Below are positions 19,597-28,960 of a stretch of 64,000 nucleotides of DNA, piece by piece. The notes beneath the pieces were generated by a model. It was not told where the DNA came from. It did no database searches and was given only the letters and a program-made list of their open reading frames with translations. A program made the position numbers and the translations under genes. Each line of letters starts with the position of its first letter. Position 1 is the stretch's first letter. Origin of the DNA: a virus (lineage: Duplodnaviria; Caudoviricetes); IMG/VR virus record IMGVR_UViG_3300042256_000025; one strand, 5' to 3'.

Positions 19597-21202
19597 AGAA
19601 CAGAATCCATTCAACGGCACCGAAGAGACTCCTACTCAAGACGCTGTGGTTGGTGAAGAGTCCAGTACAGCAACCCATAAACCTACCGTTATCCTGGAGG
19701 CTAACCCCTTCAAAGACCTTTCAGCAGAACCGGGTATTCGAGTACGCGATTGGGTGTTCCCAGTACCCATGGAAACAACAACCGTTGAGACCCTCGATCG
19801 TCTGATTCGTGACTATGCGCTGGAAGCCGAGGCGAACATGTCTGAATCCGCAGCACGCTCTGCGGTACAGGCTTATGCGGACCACCTTCGCCAGACCTAT
19901 CTTGGACATTGGCGGCATGGACAGTACGCCGACCTCTTCACCCGTGAAGGAGCTGAGTTTGTACAGGCGATTGATTCTGATAAAGGTCCTATCCGTATCG
20001 GTGGTCAGAACGTTGCACTAGGTAGCAGTCAGGCTATGTCCGGGCCCTCTGCCATTATGGCGATTCAGAATGCACTGGGTATTGGTAAGCCAACTAAGGT
20101 ACCCTGCTGGTCGTCAGGTCTGGTACTAACCCTAGGTAACTTTAAGACCTCAGAGATTCTCTCACTGAACCTAGCCTTGACAGAGACCCGCGCTGAGATC
20201 GGGTATGAAACCGGCGGCATGTTGTTTTCAGGTGGGGATGTGAACATCATCTCTGAGGTGGTGGACTTCATCCTCGATCACGTTATTGCCACCAACATAC
20301 GTGGCTGGATGGTCGGGGATAAGGCGGTTCTGAAGAAACTGCTGAAGGTCATGGATATTCCTGCACTGTTGGCGGGTGCTCTGGCATCTATTTACCCCTC
20401 AGGCTACCCAACAGTCCATAAGTGTAAGAACAGTGGCACTAGTAAGTGTGACTACAATCCTACCCTGGAAGTCGATATTGACGGTATTGAGTTTAAAGTC
20501 GACAGTCTGCTGGACTTTAAAAAGGTGGTCTGGACGGATCGCACCCGAGTTAGTCCGAAGGCGCGTCGGTTTATGTCAGCCGGTAACAATGTACATACTG
20601 TCGAGCAGATCGAAGAATATCAAGATGAATTTAACACCTTGGAGCCTTTGAGTGCACCTTTGTCTGACAGTGGGGCCATCGTAAAAATTGCCTTCCACCA
20701 GCCCAACCTGGAAACCTATGAGCGTGTAGGTCGACTGTGGATTAACGGGGTAATGGAAATGGTCAATGCCGCGATGGATCGCATTACGGATGCGGACCGT
20801 GAAACTCGTCGCACCAAGCGCATTAGCTTTATCCGCAACTACCAGCACGCACTGCGTCTGCAAAAGCATGCTGCGTGGATAAAGAACCTCCAGATGCATG
20901 TGCCGGGTGAAGATGAACCACGCATTGTTTCAGATACTGATACCTTGTTCAGCTCATTGGAGACGTTGGCTGAAGACAAGGCGTTAGCGAGGAACATCAT
21001 CGAAGCGGTTGACCGTCACCGGGTGGAAGCACAGGTGACCTTTACAGGTATACCGAACTATGTATGCCCATCCTGTAATGAACCGCAGTTGGATCCGGCT
21101 GAAGCAGAACATGGGCTGATTCCAATGGACATGGTGGCGTATTTTTTTACCATCATGGTGTGGAAATGGGAACACGAGGCCACTATCTCAACCAACCCAT
21201 AA
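19586..21202 (+). CDS. Conserved jumbo-phage protein (phiKZ gp77-like) with Cys motifs
   Basis: Long ORF with C-x6-C and C-terminal CPSC; position matches the phiKZ core block. Confidence 0.65.
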   Translation: MSTEEQNPFNGTEETPTQDAVVGEESSTATHKPTVILEANPFKDLSAEPGIRVRDWVFPVPMETTTVETLDRLIRDYALEAEANMSESAARSAVQAYADHLRQTYLGHWRHGQYADLFTREGAEFVQAIDSDKGPIRIGGQNVALGSSQAMSGPSAIMAIQNALGIGKPTKVPCWSSGLVLTLGNFKTSEILSLNLALTETRAEIGYETGGMLFSGGDVNIISEVVDFILDHVIATNIRGWMVGDKAVLKKLLKVMDIPALLAGALASIYPSGYPTVHKCKNSGTSKCDYNPTLEVDIDGIEFKVDSLLDFKKVVWTDRTRVSPKARRFMSAGNNVHTVEQIEEYQDEFNTLEPLSAPLSDSGAIVKIAFHQPNLETYERVGRLWINGVMEMVNAAMDRITDADRETRRTKRISFIRNYQHALRLQKHAAWIKNLQMHVPGEDEPRIVSDTDTLFSSLETLAEDKALARNIIEAVDRHRVEAQVTFTGIPNYVCPSCNEPQLDPAEAEHGLIPMDMVAYFFTIMVWKWEHEATISTNP

Positions 21203-21729
21203 TCAGCTGTCTGTGCGGGAAGAGCAATGGGGACAACATGAAAGGACGTGTCTGTCCCCATTGTCATACCGTGGTGAAAGAAACCACGAATACCGCACTG
21301 TTTAAGCGACCCACACCCCATTCAACTTTGTTTGCAGATTTTGGCTTATCCAAGAAACAAAGCACCGCACTGTCAGAGGCATTACTGGAGCTAAAGACGC
21401 CTAAGAGCAATATTGTACTCCAGCTATTAATGGCGGAACAATATGAAACAATTTTAGGTATCCACGACCACTCCACCGTCGTCTACGACGTCGCTACGCC
21501 TTTGGTGCGACATACCTCAGCCAGTCAAACCATTCCGTACTCGCTATATGCGAATGAAATACGGCGGTTGATTCGATTAAAGGTCCCACAGAAAACTGGC
21601 ATGGGTTTAGATGCCATACTCAGTTTACCAGTGGAGACCTATCGGCTGGTAACCAATGCATGCTCCGCCTCTAATCACCTTGAGGGTGAGTTAGCGGATG
21701 AGTTAATGACAGAAATAAATAACAGTTAA
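21160..21729 (+). CDS. Hypothetical protein with N-terminal Zn ribbon
   Basis: SCLCGK-x10-CPHCHT; overlaps the previous gene; start codon uncertain. Confidence 0.55.
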   Translation: MEMGTRGHYLNQPIISCLCGKSNGDNMKGRVCPHCHTVVKETTNTALFKRPTPHSTLFADFGLSKKQSTALSEALLELKTPKSNIVLQLLMAEQYETILGIHDHSTVVYDVATPLVRHTSASQTIPYSLYANEIRRLIRLKVPQKTGMGLDAILSLPVETYRLVTNACSASNHLEGELADELMTEINNS

Positions 21730-21730
21730 T

Positions 21731-21763
21731 ATACTCCCAGAGCCTTTAGGGCTCTGGGAGTAT
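21731..21763. terminator. Terminator hairpin between convergent genes
   Basis: atactcccagagcc-tttag-ggctctgggagtat. Confidence 0.75.
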
Positions 21764-21766
21764 AGT

Positions 21767-22381
21767 TTATGCAAGCTCAAGGTGGTCTAACAGCGCCCGT
21801 GTAAAGTAGGCGCGTTCCAGTGGATCTGGAAGGTGTACTTCGATAGCATGTACATTGAAATCGCTAAAGGGAACTGGATGGGTGCCCACGGTTTGCATCA
21901 GGTCATCCACGTTCTCAAACAACTCTACTAACGTACCGTTATTGTCAACGTAATGGGTACAGTCATCCGCCGTAATCGTTAGGGAGGAGGCCGGTTCCAA
22001 TGGCTTACGTTTACTGGCATCTACCCATATTTCAAAGTCATGAGCTTTATTAGCCTTAGAGGCGTTCAGCTCATCTATGTTTCGAAGACCACAGTAAATA
22101 TCGTGCTCTTCGAAAATCTCTCTGGAGACACGGTCTAGGTGCTCCCCATTGTACTCGACGATCAGGTCAAACCACTCCTTACGGTGGTTACCTCGATCCG
22201 CGTAGCATTCCTCTACAGTGGTATATCCATAGAGGGGGGCAAGTCTGTCAAAGATAAACCGCCGACATACAAATAAGGAGGAGGACTCGTATTGCAGTCC
22301 GTAGACTACGGTGAGGTACAGGGAGACGGTGTCCTTCCCATGCCGCGCATTACCGCACACCATCCATTTCAATGACATCAA
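21767..22381 (-). CDS. Deoxynucleoside monophosphate kinase-like P-loop protein
   Basis: GNARHGKDT Walker A; GLRNIDE; VDNNGTL, as in phage dNMP kinases. Confidence 0.75.
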   Translation of the reverse strand: MMSLKWMVCGNARHGKDTVSLYLTVVYGLQYESSSLFVCRRFIFDRLAPLYGYTTVEECYADRGNHRKEWFDLIVEYNGEHLDRVSREIFEEHDIYCGLRNIDELNASKANKAHDFEIWVDASKRKPLEPASSLTITADDCTHYVDNNGTLVELFENVDDLMQTVGTHPVPFSDFNVHAIEVHLPDPLERAYFTRALLDHLELA

Positions 22382-22887
22382 TAATCCTCAAGCTGATAAT
22401 TATGCTGCACCACCTCATCAATCAGTCCTAACGATAGTGCCTCTTCCGCAGTTAGGTAATGATCAGTCTCACAGTAGGCTGCAATTTCAGACTCACTGCG
22501 ATTGCATCGATCGGCGATGTGCTTGGATAAGGTATCCTTAATATAGTTCATGTACTCCAGGCGAGGCGCCATTATAGCGCTGGTACCTCTGGGCTGATGT
22601 ATCATGATCTCAGTATTCACGGTGGCGTATCGCTTACCCGGTTGACCTGAACACAGTAACAGTGCACCCGCTGAAGCGGCTAGACCGATTGAAAGAGTAT
22701 AGACTGGGGACTCGATCGCCTCCATTGTATCGACAATGGAACGTGCCACTGCAACATCGCCACCCGGACTATTAATCAACATCACAATAGGGGCGACTAC
22801 AGTGGACTCTAGTTCCCGCAAAGCTTCTAAAATCTTACGGCCCATTTTACGCTCTATTACGCCTTCGACTACAACGACTCTAGCCAT
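22378..22887 (-). CDS. clpP: ClpP-like serine protease with intact triad
   Basis: INSPGGDV, GLAASAG (Ser), IMIHQP (His), ETDHYLTAEEA (Asp), GLIDEV; GGAGG RBS before ATG 22887. Confidence 0.9.
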   Translation of the reverse strand: MARVVVVEGVIERKMGRKILEALRELESTVVAPIVMLINSPGGDVAVARSIVDTMEAIESPVYTLSIGLAASAGALLLCSGQPGKRYATVNTEIMIHQPRGTSAIMAPRLEYMNYIKDTLSKHIADRCNRSESEIAAYCETDHYLTAEEALSLGLIDEVVQHNYQLEDY

Positions 22888-23368
22888 GAACGTACCCTCC
22901 GAACATACCCAACTCAATCGCCTGCTGTGCGGTCATGTATTCATGGCGATCACAGCGTGCGCGAATGTCAGTTGCCTCTAGACGAGTCACAGCGGCTATG
23001 ATGGCGGTAATGCGCTCCTCTACACGAATAACCTGTTCGCCGGTGGCTGTAATGTCGGTGGCTGTGCCAGCCGCATATTGGGTCTGGCGTACAAAGTGTA
23101 CAATAGTGGAAGGCATGCAGCGACGCTTTTCGACGGGCAGTGCCGCCAATACCACTGCAAAGTGTACCGGCATATCGTAGAGTACCTCGACCTGCATATC
23201 CAGCTTACCTGCAAACAGATCGATGGTGTCATGAATACCTAGTAGCTCAGAGTCCCCTAGAAACACTGTATCAAATTGCAGTGTCAGAGGAATCTCTTTA
23301 TTCTTCTCTAGGTGGGCCAGTAACTCTAGGTATAGTTGGCCTACCGACTTAACCAGTATAACTTTCAC
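22880..23368 (-). CDS. ClpP paralog lacking the catalytic serine (ClpR-like)
   Basis: KRRCMPSTIV, GTATDI and DRHEYMTAQQAIELG align to ClpP, but the AASxG region reads DMPVHFAV. Confidence 0.7.
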   Translation of the reverse strand: MKVILVKSVGQLYLELLAHLEKNKEIPLTLQFDTVFLGDSELLGIHDTIDLFAGKLDMQVEVLYDMPVHFAVVLAALPVEKRRCMPSTIVHFVRQTQYAAGTATDITATGEQVIRVEERITAIIAAVTRLEATDIRARCDRHEYMTAQQAIELGMFGGYVHG

Positions 23369-23423
23369 AGGGTGCTCCTTATTTTAAAGGTCGTATCAAT
23401 AGGATTTGCCAACCCTACCAGAC

Positions 23424-23456
23424 AAAAAAAAAATAAGGAGGGGTGAACCTCCTTAT
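23424..23456 (-). terminator. Intrinsic terminator after the duplicated helicase 3' end
   Basis: ataaggagg-ggtgaa-cctccttat with a T10 tract on the minus strand. Confidence 0.75.
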
Positions 23457-23618
23457 CTAAACGACAACGTTTGTTGGCATGTCACCAATGGAGGCACACT
23501 TACCGGAAAACTGTTCTCGCTTACGCGCATCATACTCTCGGTGCTGCTGGATATCCAGACAAGTTAACCAATAGTAGACGGGCGCAATATGGGGATATTT
23601 CTTTATAGGTCTTAGACG
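23457..23618 (-). pseudogene. Orphan duplicate of the last 53 codons of the helicase gene
   Basis: 52/53 aa identical to 24456..24617; no start codon or RBS of its own. Confidence 0.85.
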
Positions 23619-23628
23619 GTAAGGAGGG

Positions 23629-24447
23629 CTATTTAGATCTGCACCTGTATAATGAGGTATCCCTCTTAACTTTTTCATCACTAGGGAGGGGCAGTCTAGG
23701 GTCAAATAACCATTTACCGTTAACAACGCCATTATATTCATTATCAATCGCCTTTCTGGCTAAATACTTGCTACAGCCACTATTTAACACCGCCGCTGCG
23801 ATTGTCTGATAAATAGTTTTGGTGCCAGTCGCAACATCCACTACGCCGATAGATCTATTTTTAGTTAACACGCCATATGTAACGTTTGGCCAGGGTTCTG
23901 ATGGGTTAGCGTCCCTAACAAGATATCTACCGTCCACACACTTTAAGGTGGTCCCAATAGCTGCCTTTATCCTGCCCCTCTTGATAGATAGTGTCCTTTC
24001 CGCATCGACGATTGTGTCAAACGCATGTACGGTACCATCTAGTAGGTCTTTAACTTCTACAGGTCTAAGTGTTCTATGTGTATACCCTAGGTCTGTGATT
24101 GAATGGCGTACATTCGCGCTGTGCGACACCCACTCTAGGTTGCAATATGAGTTGTTTTGTTTATCGCCATCCTTATGGTTGACTTCAGCTGACTCAAATT
24201 TACCATTAGGGTTAAACACGTCCATTATAATGTGATGTACTAGTACCGTACGGTCTTTCTTTCTAACCGCATCGTAGGTTTTAAACCCTAAATACCCCGT
24301 GTTAAACGGTGTACCTCGAGTGATTTTACCTAATTGATATTTAGCTAGTTTTACAAGCCTACCGTCAAGAGAACCCGCTACCTCGGGAAACCTCTCAGAT
24401 AGAAAAAAGCCAGGATATGGACTCTCTCTAGGTACGTAGTTGACCAT
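23629..24447 (-). CDS. Free-standing HNH homing endonuclease
   Basis: VHHIIMDVF..EVNHKDGDKQNNSYCNLEWVSHSANVRH; GGAGG RBS overlaps the helicase stop. Confidence 0.9.
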   Translation of the reverse strand: MVNYVPRESPYPGFFLSERFPEVAGSLDGRLVKLAKYQLGKITRGTPFNTGYLGFKTYDAVRKKDRTVLVHHIIMDVFNPNGKFESAEVNHKDGDKQNNSYCNLEWVSHSANVRHSITDLGYTHRTLRPVEVKDLLDGTVHAFDTIVDAERTLSIKRGRIKAAIGTTLKCVDGRYLVRDANPSEPWPNVTYGVLTKNRSIGVVDVATGTKTIYQTIAAAVLNSGCSKYLARKAIDNEYNGVVNGKWLFDPRLPLPSDEKVKRDTSLYRCRSK

Positions 24448-24455
24448 AGAACCTC

Positions 24456-26408
24456 CTATACAACTACATTTGTCGGCATGTCCCCAATAGAGGCACATTT
24501 ACCGGAAAACTGTTCTCGCTTACGTACATCATACTCTCGGTGCTGTTGGATGTCCAGACAGGTTAACCAGTAGTAGACGGGCGCAATATGTGGGTATTTC
24601 TTTATGGGGCGTAGACGCCCTAATAATTGAAGGTTACGCTGCACCGAGCCAATGGCCACGGTACTGATACAGGCCCTTAGGTTAGGAATATCCTTACCGG
24701 TACCGGCTGAGGTTGGTGTACTGACTATAATGTCGTTTGTGTACAATACTTCTGGAGCATAGGTCGCCGTATAGGCTGAGGTTTTAAACTGTGGATAGAG
24801 TTTACTCAGTCTATTAGCCAGTCGCTCACACATCTCAGTGGTTGCACAGAAAATCAGTAACTTCTGCTCATCCTGGTAGTCTGAGACGAATGCCTGCTCT
24901 GCTAGACTTTCTATGAACTCATAGTAGCGCGTCTCCGCTGTACGATTCGCCATTAGCCACTGCTCATAGGTAACATGACTGTATCCCTTAGTGCCAGTAC
25001 ATTTCACCTTATCCGGATGTTCGAGTCGATAGGTTACAGATATGCACTTTGCGTGCTCATTCTGACTTACGTCTTTAAAGCGGTCCTCCATAGGAAATAT
25101 TTTAAGGTATTGGTTGTTGATCTTCTCATCCTCCGACACCAGTGTCGCAGATAGGTAGATGGCCCTACGTACATGCGTGAAGGTGGTGGCGGTTACGAGT
25201 GCATGGATATTCTCATGTGACTCATCCACGATCCGCATACCCACCCCTAACGTAGGGAATAACTCATAGGGTGTCACACCCTCTATTGTGTACCCCTCTG
25301 TAAGGTAGTCCTTGAGAAAGGCCCGGATAGTAGCAATGGAGATAAAAATGAGCTTATACTCATTCTGTCCGGCTAATGATAACTTAACCAGATTCACCAA
25401 ATGCTCACGCCCCTGTATCACACAGATATCCTTAGCGTGATCAATATCCAGTACCCACTTCGTGGAGTCTATCCACGTTTTAAAATGACCCGAGGCCATA
25501 ACAAATGCCGTGCGTACTTTATAGTGCGCCGTTGTCATTAGTCCACAGGCGGTGTTGTGTGTCACGATGAAGTCATCCGTGACGTAGAGGTGGGATGGGT
25601 GTGATACCTCTATACACTGGACCTCATCCGCCCCTACATACTGAACGTCGATAACCCTAGACATTTCCAAATAGTCACTATCTGGAACATGTATGGGCAA
25701 ATACTGCTCACGACCGTTCTCCACCCGATCCTTGATGATTGCTGTTGTTAGCACCTCACCCGTTAACCCTTTCTCCATGGTATACCAGAGATGTTCAGCG
25801 TCAGCGGTTGACTGTCGTCCATCCTCTAGGGTGATGCAGTATACTGGTCGTACGCCCTGTGGATAGACACCCACAACCACACCTTCACCACCATCGGGTC
25901 CGCTAATGGGGTCCCCTACACTAAGGTCTCCCATTTTGACCCAGCCATGGGGTGTTAACACCTGTGAGGAAAGCGGCTGTGCCTTCCCAAAGCCAGTAGG
26001 AAGGTTTAGTACACGGTTAATGGCCTTACCTTCCTTCATGAAGGCCATGGCCAGTTCCTGTTCCTCATTGCGAGGCCCTACTCCCTTCTGCAACGCTATC
26101 TCGATGGGTGCTCCTTCAATGGGCTCGTGGTACGTGTATTGAAAGTCACTACTAGTGTACCCTAGTACCCTTAGATACTCCTCAACCTTTGTAAACTCCG
26201 CTTTCAGAAATCCAAACTCTTTACGGTCGTGCGTAGCCGTTGCAAAAACGGCCTTGGTTTTCTTAACCCGACGCTTAAGCTTTGGAATCCAGACGGTTTC
26301 AAAGATCGCCAGTCGCTCACAGTACTTAAGGATGGCTTCTCGTTCATTCGGGTAATGCACCTGAATACGTACGCCATGACTGTAGACGTCTACTTTAAAC
26401 TTAACCAT
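24456..26408 (-). CDS. SF2 helicase (phiKZ gp75-like) containing an intein
   Basis: LPTGFGK|T Walker A split by the intein; IVDESH, SAT, GTGKDIP, QLLGRLR motif VI. Confidence 0.9.
   Translation of the reverse strand: MVKFKVDVYSHGVRIQVHYPNEREAILKYCERLAIFETVWIPKLKRRVKKTKAVFATATHDRKEFGFLKAEFTKVEEYLRVLGYTSSDFQYTYHEPIEGAPIEIALQKGVGPRNEEQELAMAFMKEGKAINRVLNLPTGFGKAQPLSSQVLTPHGWVKMGDLSVGDPISGPDGGEGVVVGVYPQGVRPVYCITLEDGRQSTADAEHLWYTMEKGLTGEVLTTAIIKDRVENGREQYLPIHVPDSDYLEMSRVIDVQYVGADEVQCIEVSHPSHLYVTDDFIVTHNTACGLMTTAHYKVRTAFVMASGHFKTWIDSTKWVLDIDHAKDICVIQGREHLVNLVKLSLAGQNEYKLIFISIATIRAFLKDYLTEGYTIEGVTPYELFPTLGVGMRIVDESHENIHALVTATTFTHVRRAIYLSATLVSEDEKINNQYLKIFPMEDRFKDVSQNEHAKCISVTYRLEHPDKVKCTGTKGYSHVTYEQWLMANRTAETRYYEFIESLAEQAFVSDYQDEQKLLIFCATTEMCERLANRLSKLYPQFKTSAYTATYAPEVLYTNDIIVSTPTSAGTGKDIPNLRACISTVAIGSVQRNLQLLGRLRPIKKYPHIAPVYYWLTCLDIQQHREYDVRKREQFSGKCASIGDMPTNVVV
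25554..25982 (-). mobile_element. Class 3 mini-intein (143 aa) in the helicase Walker A motif
   Basis: Starts at Ala (AQPLSSQVLTPHGW); HLW in block B, VQCIEV in block F, VTHN|T at the end (W-C-T triplet); no endonuclease domain. Confidence 0.85.
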
Positions 26409-26516
26409 TCTACCTCCCATGACAGCCATAATCCCCTATTATAGGATGCCTAGCCCTAGTGGCAATAAAAAATAATGACCATGCACTGGGCTCGCCCAGT
26501 GCATGTCTATAACTAT

Positions 26517-26750
26517 TTATGCCTTCTGATTAACCGTCGCAGTAAACCAGGTCTGAAAAAGGGTATCCGACATTGGGACCTCCAGTGCTTCAGAGACCGC
26601 ACTGCGACATCCTGCCCACAGGTGAGTGTCCTGTCCCTCTGGACGCAGGGTATTGAGCAGGTTATCCAACTCCCCACGCGTCTTGGGGAGGCTGATCTGG
26701 TACTGACGTTCCAGTTTTTCACGGGCAGCGTTCATCAGCTTTACTTGCAT
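26517..26750 (-). CDS. Hypothetical protein
   Basis: 77 aa with AAGGA RBS, in operon order. Confidence 0.5.
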   Translation of the reverse strand: MQVKLMNAAREKLERQYQISLPKTRGELDNLLNTLRPEGQDTHLWAGCRSAVSEALEVPMSDTLFQTWFTATVNQKA

Positions 26751-26770
26751 TAGTCTAGTCCTTTAAGTGG

Positions 26771-26980
26771 TTAGTGTGATACGTATTCAAAGGTGAAGTG
26801 TTCGACCGAAAATTGCCCCAGTGTGCCATCGACTTCCACCAATGGCTCTGGACCAGCATCTGTGTGCACCGCCGTCACACGATAGGTCTTACCGATTTCT
26901 AACACAGCGGGATTAGACTCCCCTTTGCGCCTTTTCTTATCCGTGCAGATTACACGGGCACCGGTATCCAGTACAAACAT
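26771..26980 (-). CDS. Small hypothetical protein (SH3/KOW-like beta barrel)
   Basis: 69 aa, AAGGA RBS, GARVIC..LEIGKTYRV pattern. Confidence 0.55.
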   Translation of the reverse strand: MFVLDTGARVICTDKKRRKGESNPAVLEIGKTYRVTAVHTDAGPEPLVEVDGTLGQFSVEHFTFEYVSH

Positions 26981-26992
26981 AGGGTACGTCCT

Positions 26993-28948
26993 TTAGCGGT
27001 TATCTACATACGGGGCATCGGCCCCAATAATGGGATCCAGCGGATGCACTGGACGCTCATGGGTCAAGTAACTCTTATGGTTAAGAATGACCCGCTTCTG
27101 TCCCTCGAAGGCCAAAGCCGCCGACACGGACCGGTTCGATATAATCCGACGGGCGGACATAAAGACAAATGGATCACCACCACGGGGTAGGCGATAGTCA
27201 TTAGCATAGGCGTTCACCGTCATACAGGCGCGTACAAAGATTTCCGCATGGGCTAGGTTGACCTTTATCTTTTCATCGAAGAGGCGTTTCATCGCCGCCA
27301 CTGCCTGACCGGGGTGCTTATGGGAGACAATGGCCTCATCCTTTTCCTCAGACCCAAAGACAAAGTGTTTAATGCGACGCTGGAACGTCAACATACTCTC
27401 ACTGCGTCGGGGGGTAATAAAGACCGGCCGACCTTTAAATCCGTCCAAGCGTACCTCCACAACGCCGTTAACGGTTTTCCACCCATTACGGGCGATACAT
27501 TCCAGGACATCCGAGGAGAGTGCAGACCCCTCATCCCCTATCCGTAGATTAAATACACACCAGTCCCCTTTCCGTTGTCCATGTCCATCGGCGTTTGCAA
27601 TTTTCAACTCCGTAATACAGGACACTCGCTGTGGTAGCAATCCTGTGGGATCACCACTTTGAAGGACACTATTGAGTCCAGGGGCTTCTTCTTCAGCAAA
27701 GCGAATCAGGAAGGTATTCGCTACATTCTGTCGCTTCAGTGTAACCGCTGACCGGTTATCGGGGTCATAGCGGAACCATTTACCGGCCTCACCCTCCAGT
27801 GAGAAGTACAATGCGCCTTGAGAGGTCTCAACGTGCTTAGTAGAAAGGATTAGCTGAGAGAGCGAGGACAGTGGGTCGGTTGTCAGAAAGTGTCCTACGT
27901 TGGTTCTAGGGGGGACGATACGGGAGATCTGTCCCAGACATGTCTTACAGACCGTACCGGTATCGTCATTCTGACACATGGTGATGGAGCGGACGTTAAT
28001 GACCTGCCCAATCAATGACGTGTCCTTAGGGTCAAACAGTACCGGTCGGCCATCGACCATATGGTACTTACCCTTAAGGCCGTGCATATCCTGTTCAGAC
28101 ACCAACCATGGAATGGTGTGTGGTGTACCACAATCATCCCCCACGACACTACGCACGACGGCTGCAAGAAGCTGCATACGTCGGTTCAGGTACTCAGAGT
28201 CCTTCAACGGATCGTCGTTCATCAACAGTGCACGAGACGCGCTGCGGGATTCCGTAATGCTATCGTACAACGTATCGAACCCGTCTGCATAGGACTTCTT
28301 GATGGGGTACATAAAGATAGAGCCATCCGTAGCAAAGGTATTGCCACGCGCACCAATGAACTGCACCAACTGCTTCTCAGAGAGCAGGTTAGCACGGGTC
28401 ATCTTCGCAACCCCATTATTGCGCAGTGTAGGCTTGTCCTTCTTAAGCTCCTGCATAATCCGCTCGTATCCCTCCTTGAACTCCATCTCATCCGCTTCAA
28501 TCTTATCTTTCACTTCCCGTATTACCGGGTCATCCATGAGCTCAATTACATCTTCCAGGTCAACCGTCGTGACGTATCCCGCTAGACGGGAGACCGTGAC
28601 GTTGTGGATGGTGTTAAATATCTCATAACTGACCTTTGACATCTCCCAGACGAGGTTTTCCCGCTTATCCGGGTACCCTTCATAGACATCCCAGAAAATC
28701 TTAGCCCCCAGCTTCTGATCAAACCCCTTGGTAAGGGACTTATTACCAACATGATGGGATGGCAATATAGGGCATCCGGGAAACTCACGGTGCATGCGCC
28801 AAAAGTACCAGCTCAGTACCGTGCGGCGCTTGCCGGTTTCCAGGGTGGATCCGTCGGCAAACTCTACCACCATAGGGCCCTCAGGTAGGGCCCATACCTC
28901 CTTCTCTGTCAGCATACACAGGGTGCCTGCTGCATAGATGTTCGCCAT
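26993..28948 (-). CDS. rpoC: Non-virion RNA polymerase beta' subunit (phiKZ gp74-like)
   Basis: YLNRRMQL, DDCGT, VRSITMC..CKTCLG, QLILSTKH, ALAFEGQ. Confidence 0.9.
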   Translation of the reverse strand: MANIYAAGTLCMLTEKEVWALPEGPMVVEFADGSTLETGKRRTVLSWYFWRMHREFPGCPILPSHHVGNKSLTKGFDQKLGAKIFWDVYEGYPDKRENLVWEMSKVSYEIFNTIHNVTVSRLAGYVTTVDLEDVIELMDDPVIREVKDKIEADEMEFKEGYERIMQELKKDKPTLRNNGVAKMTRANLLSEKQLVQFIGARGNTFATDGSIFMYPIKKSYADGFDTLYDSITESRSASRALLMNDDPLKDSEYLNRRMQLLAAVVRSVVGDDCGTPHTIPWLVSEQDMHGLKGKYHMVDGRPVLFDPKDTSLIGQVINVRSITMCQNDDTGTVCKTCLGQISRIVPPRTNVGHFLTTDPLSSLSQLILSTKHVETSQGALYFSLEGEAGKWFRYDPDNRSAVTLKRQNVANTFLIRFAEEEAPGLNSVLQSGDPTGLLPQRVSCITELKIANADGHGQRKGDWCVFNLRIGDEGSALSSDVLECIARNGWKTVNGVVEVRLDGFKGRPVFITPRRSESMLTFQRRIKHFVFGSEEKDEAIVSHKHPGQAVAAMKRLFDEKIKVNLAHAEIFVRACMTVNAYANDYRLPRGGDPFVFMSARRIISNRSVSAALAFEGQKRVILNHKSYLTHERPVHPLDPIIGADAPYVDNR

Positions 28949-28960
28949 TAGGGTTACTCC

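Noticed and set aside
23619-24455. Third group I intron in the helicase gene
   Set aside because: No P, Q, R or S core elements and no room for them; the helicase already has a complete C-terminus upstream.
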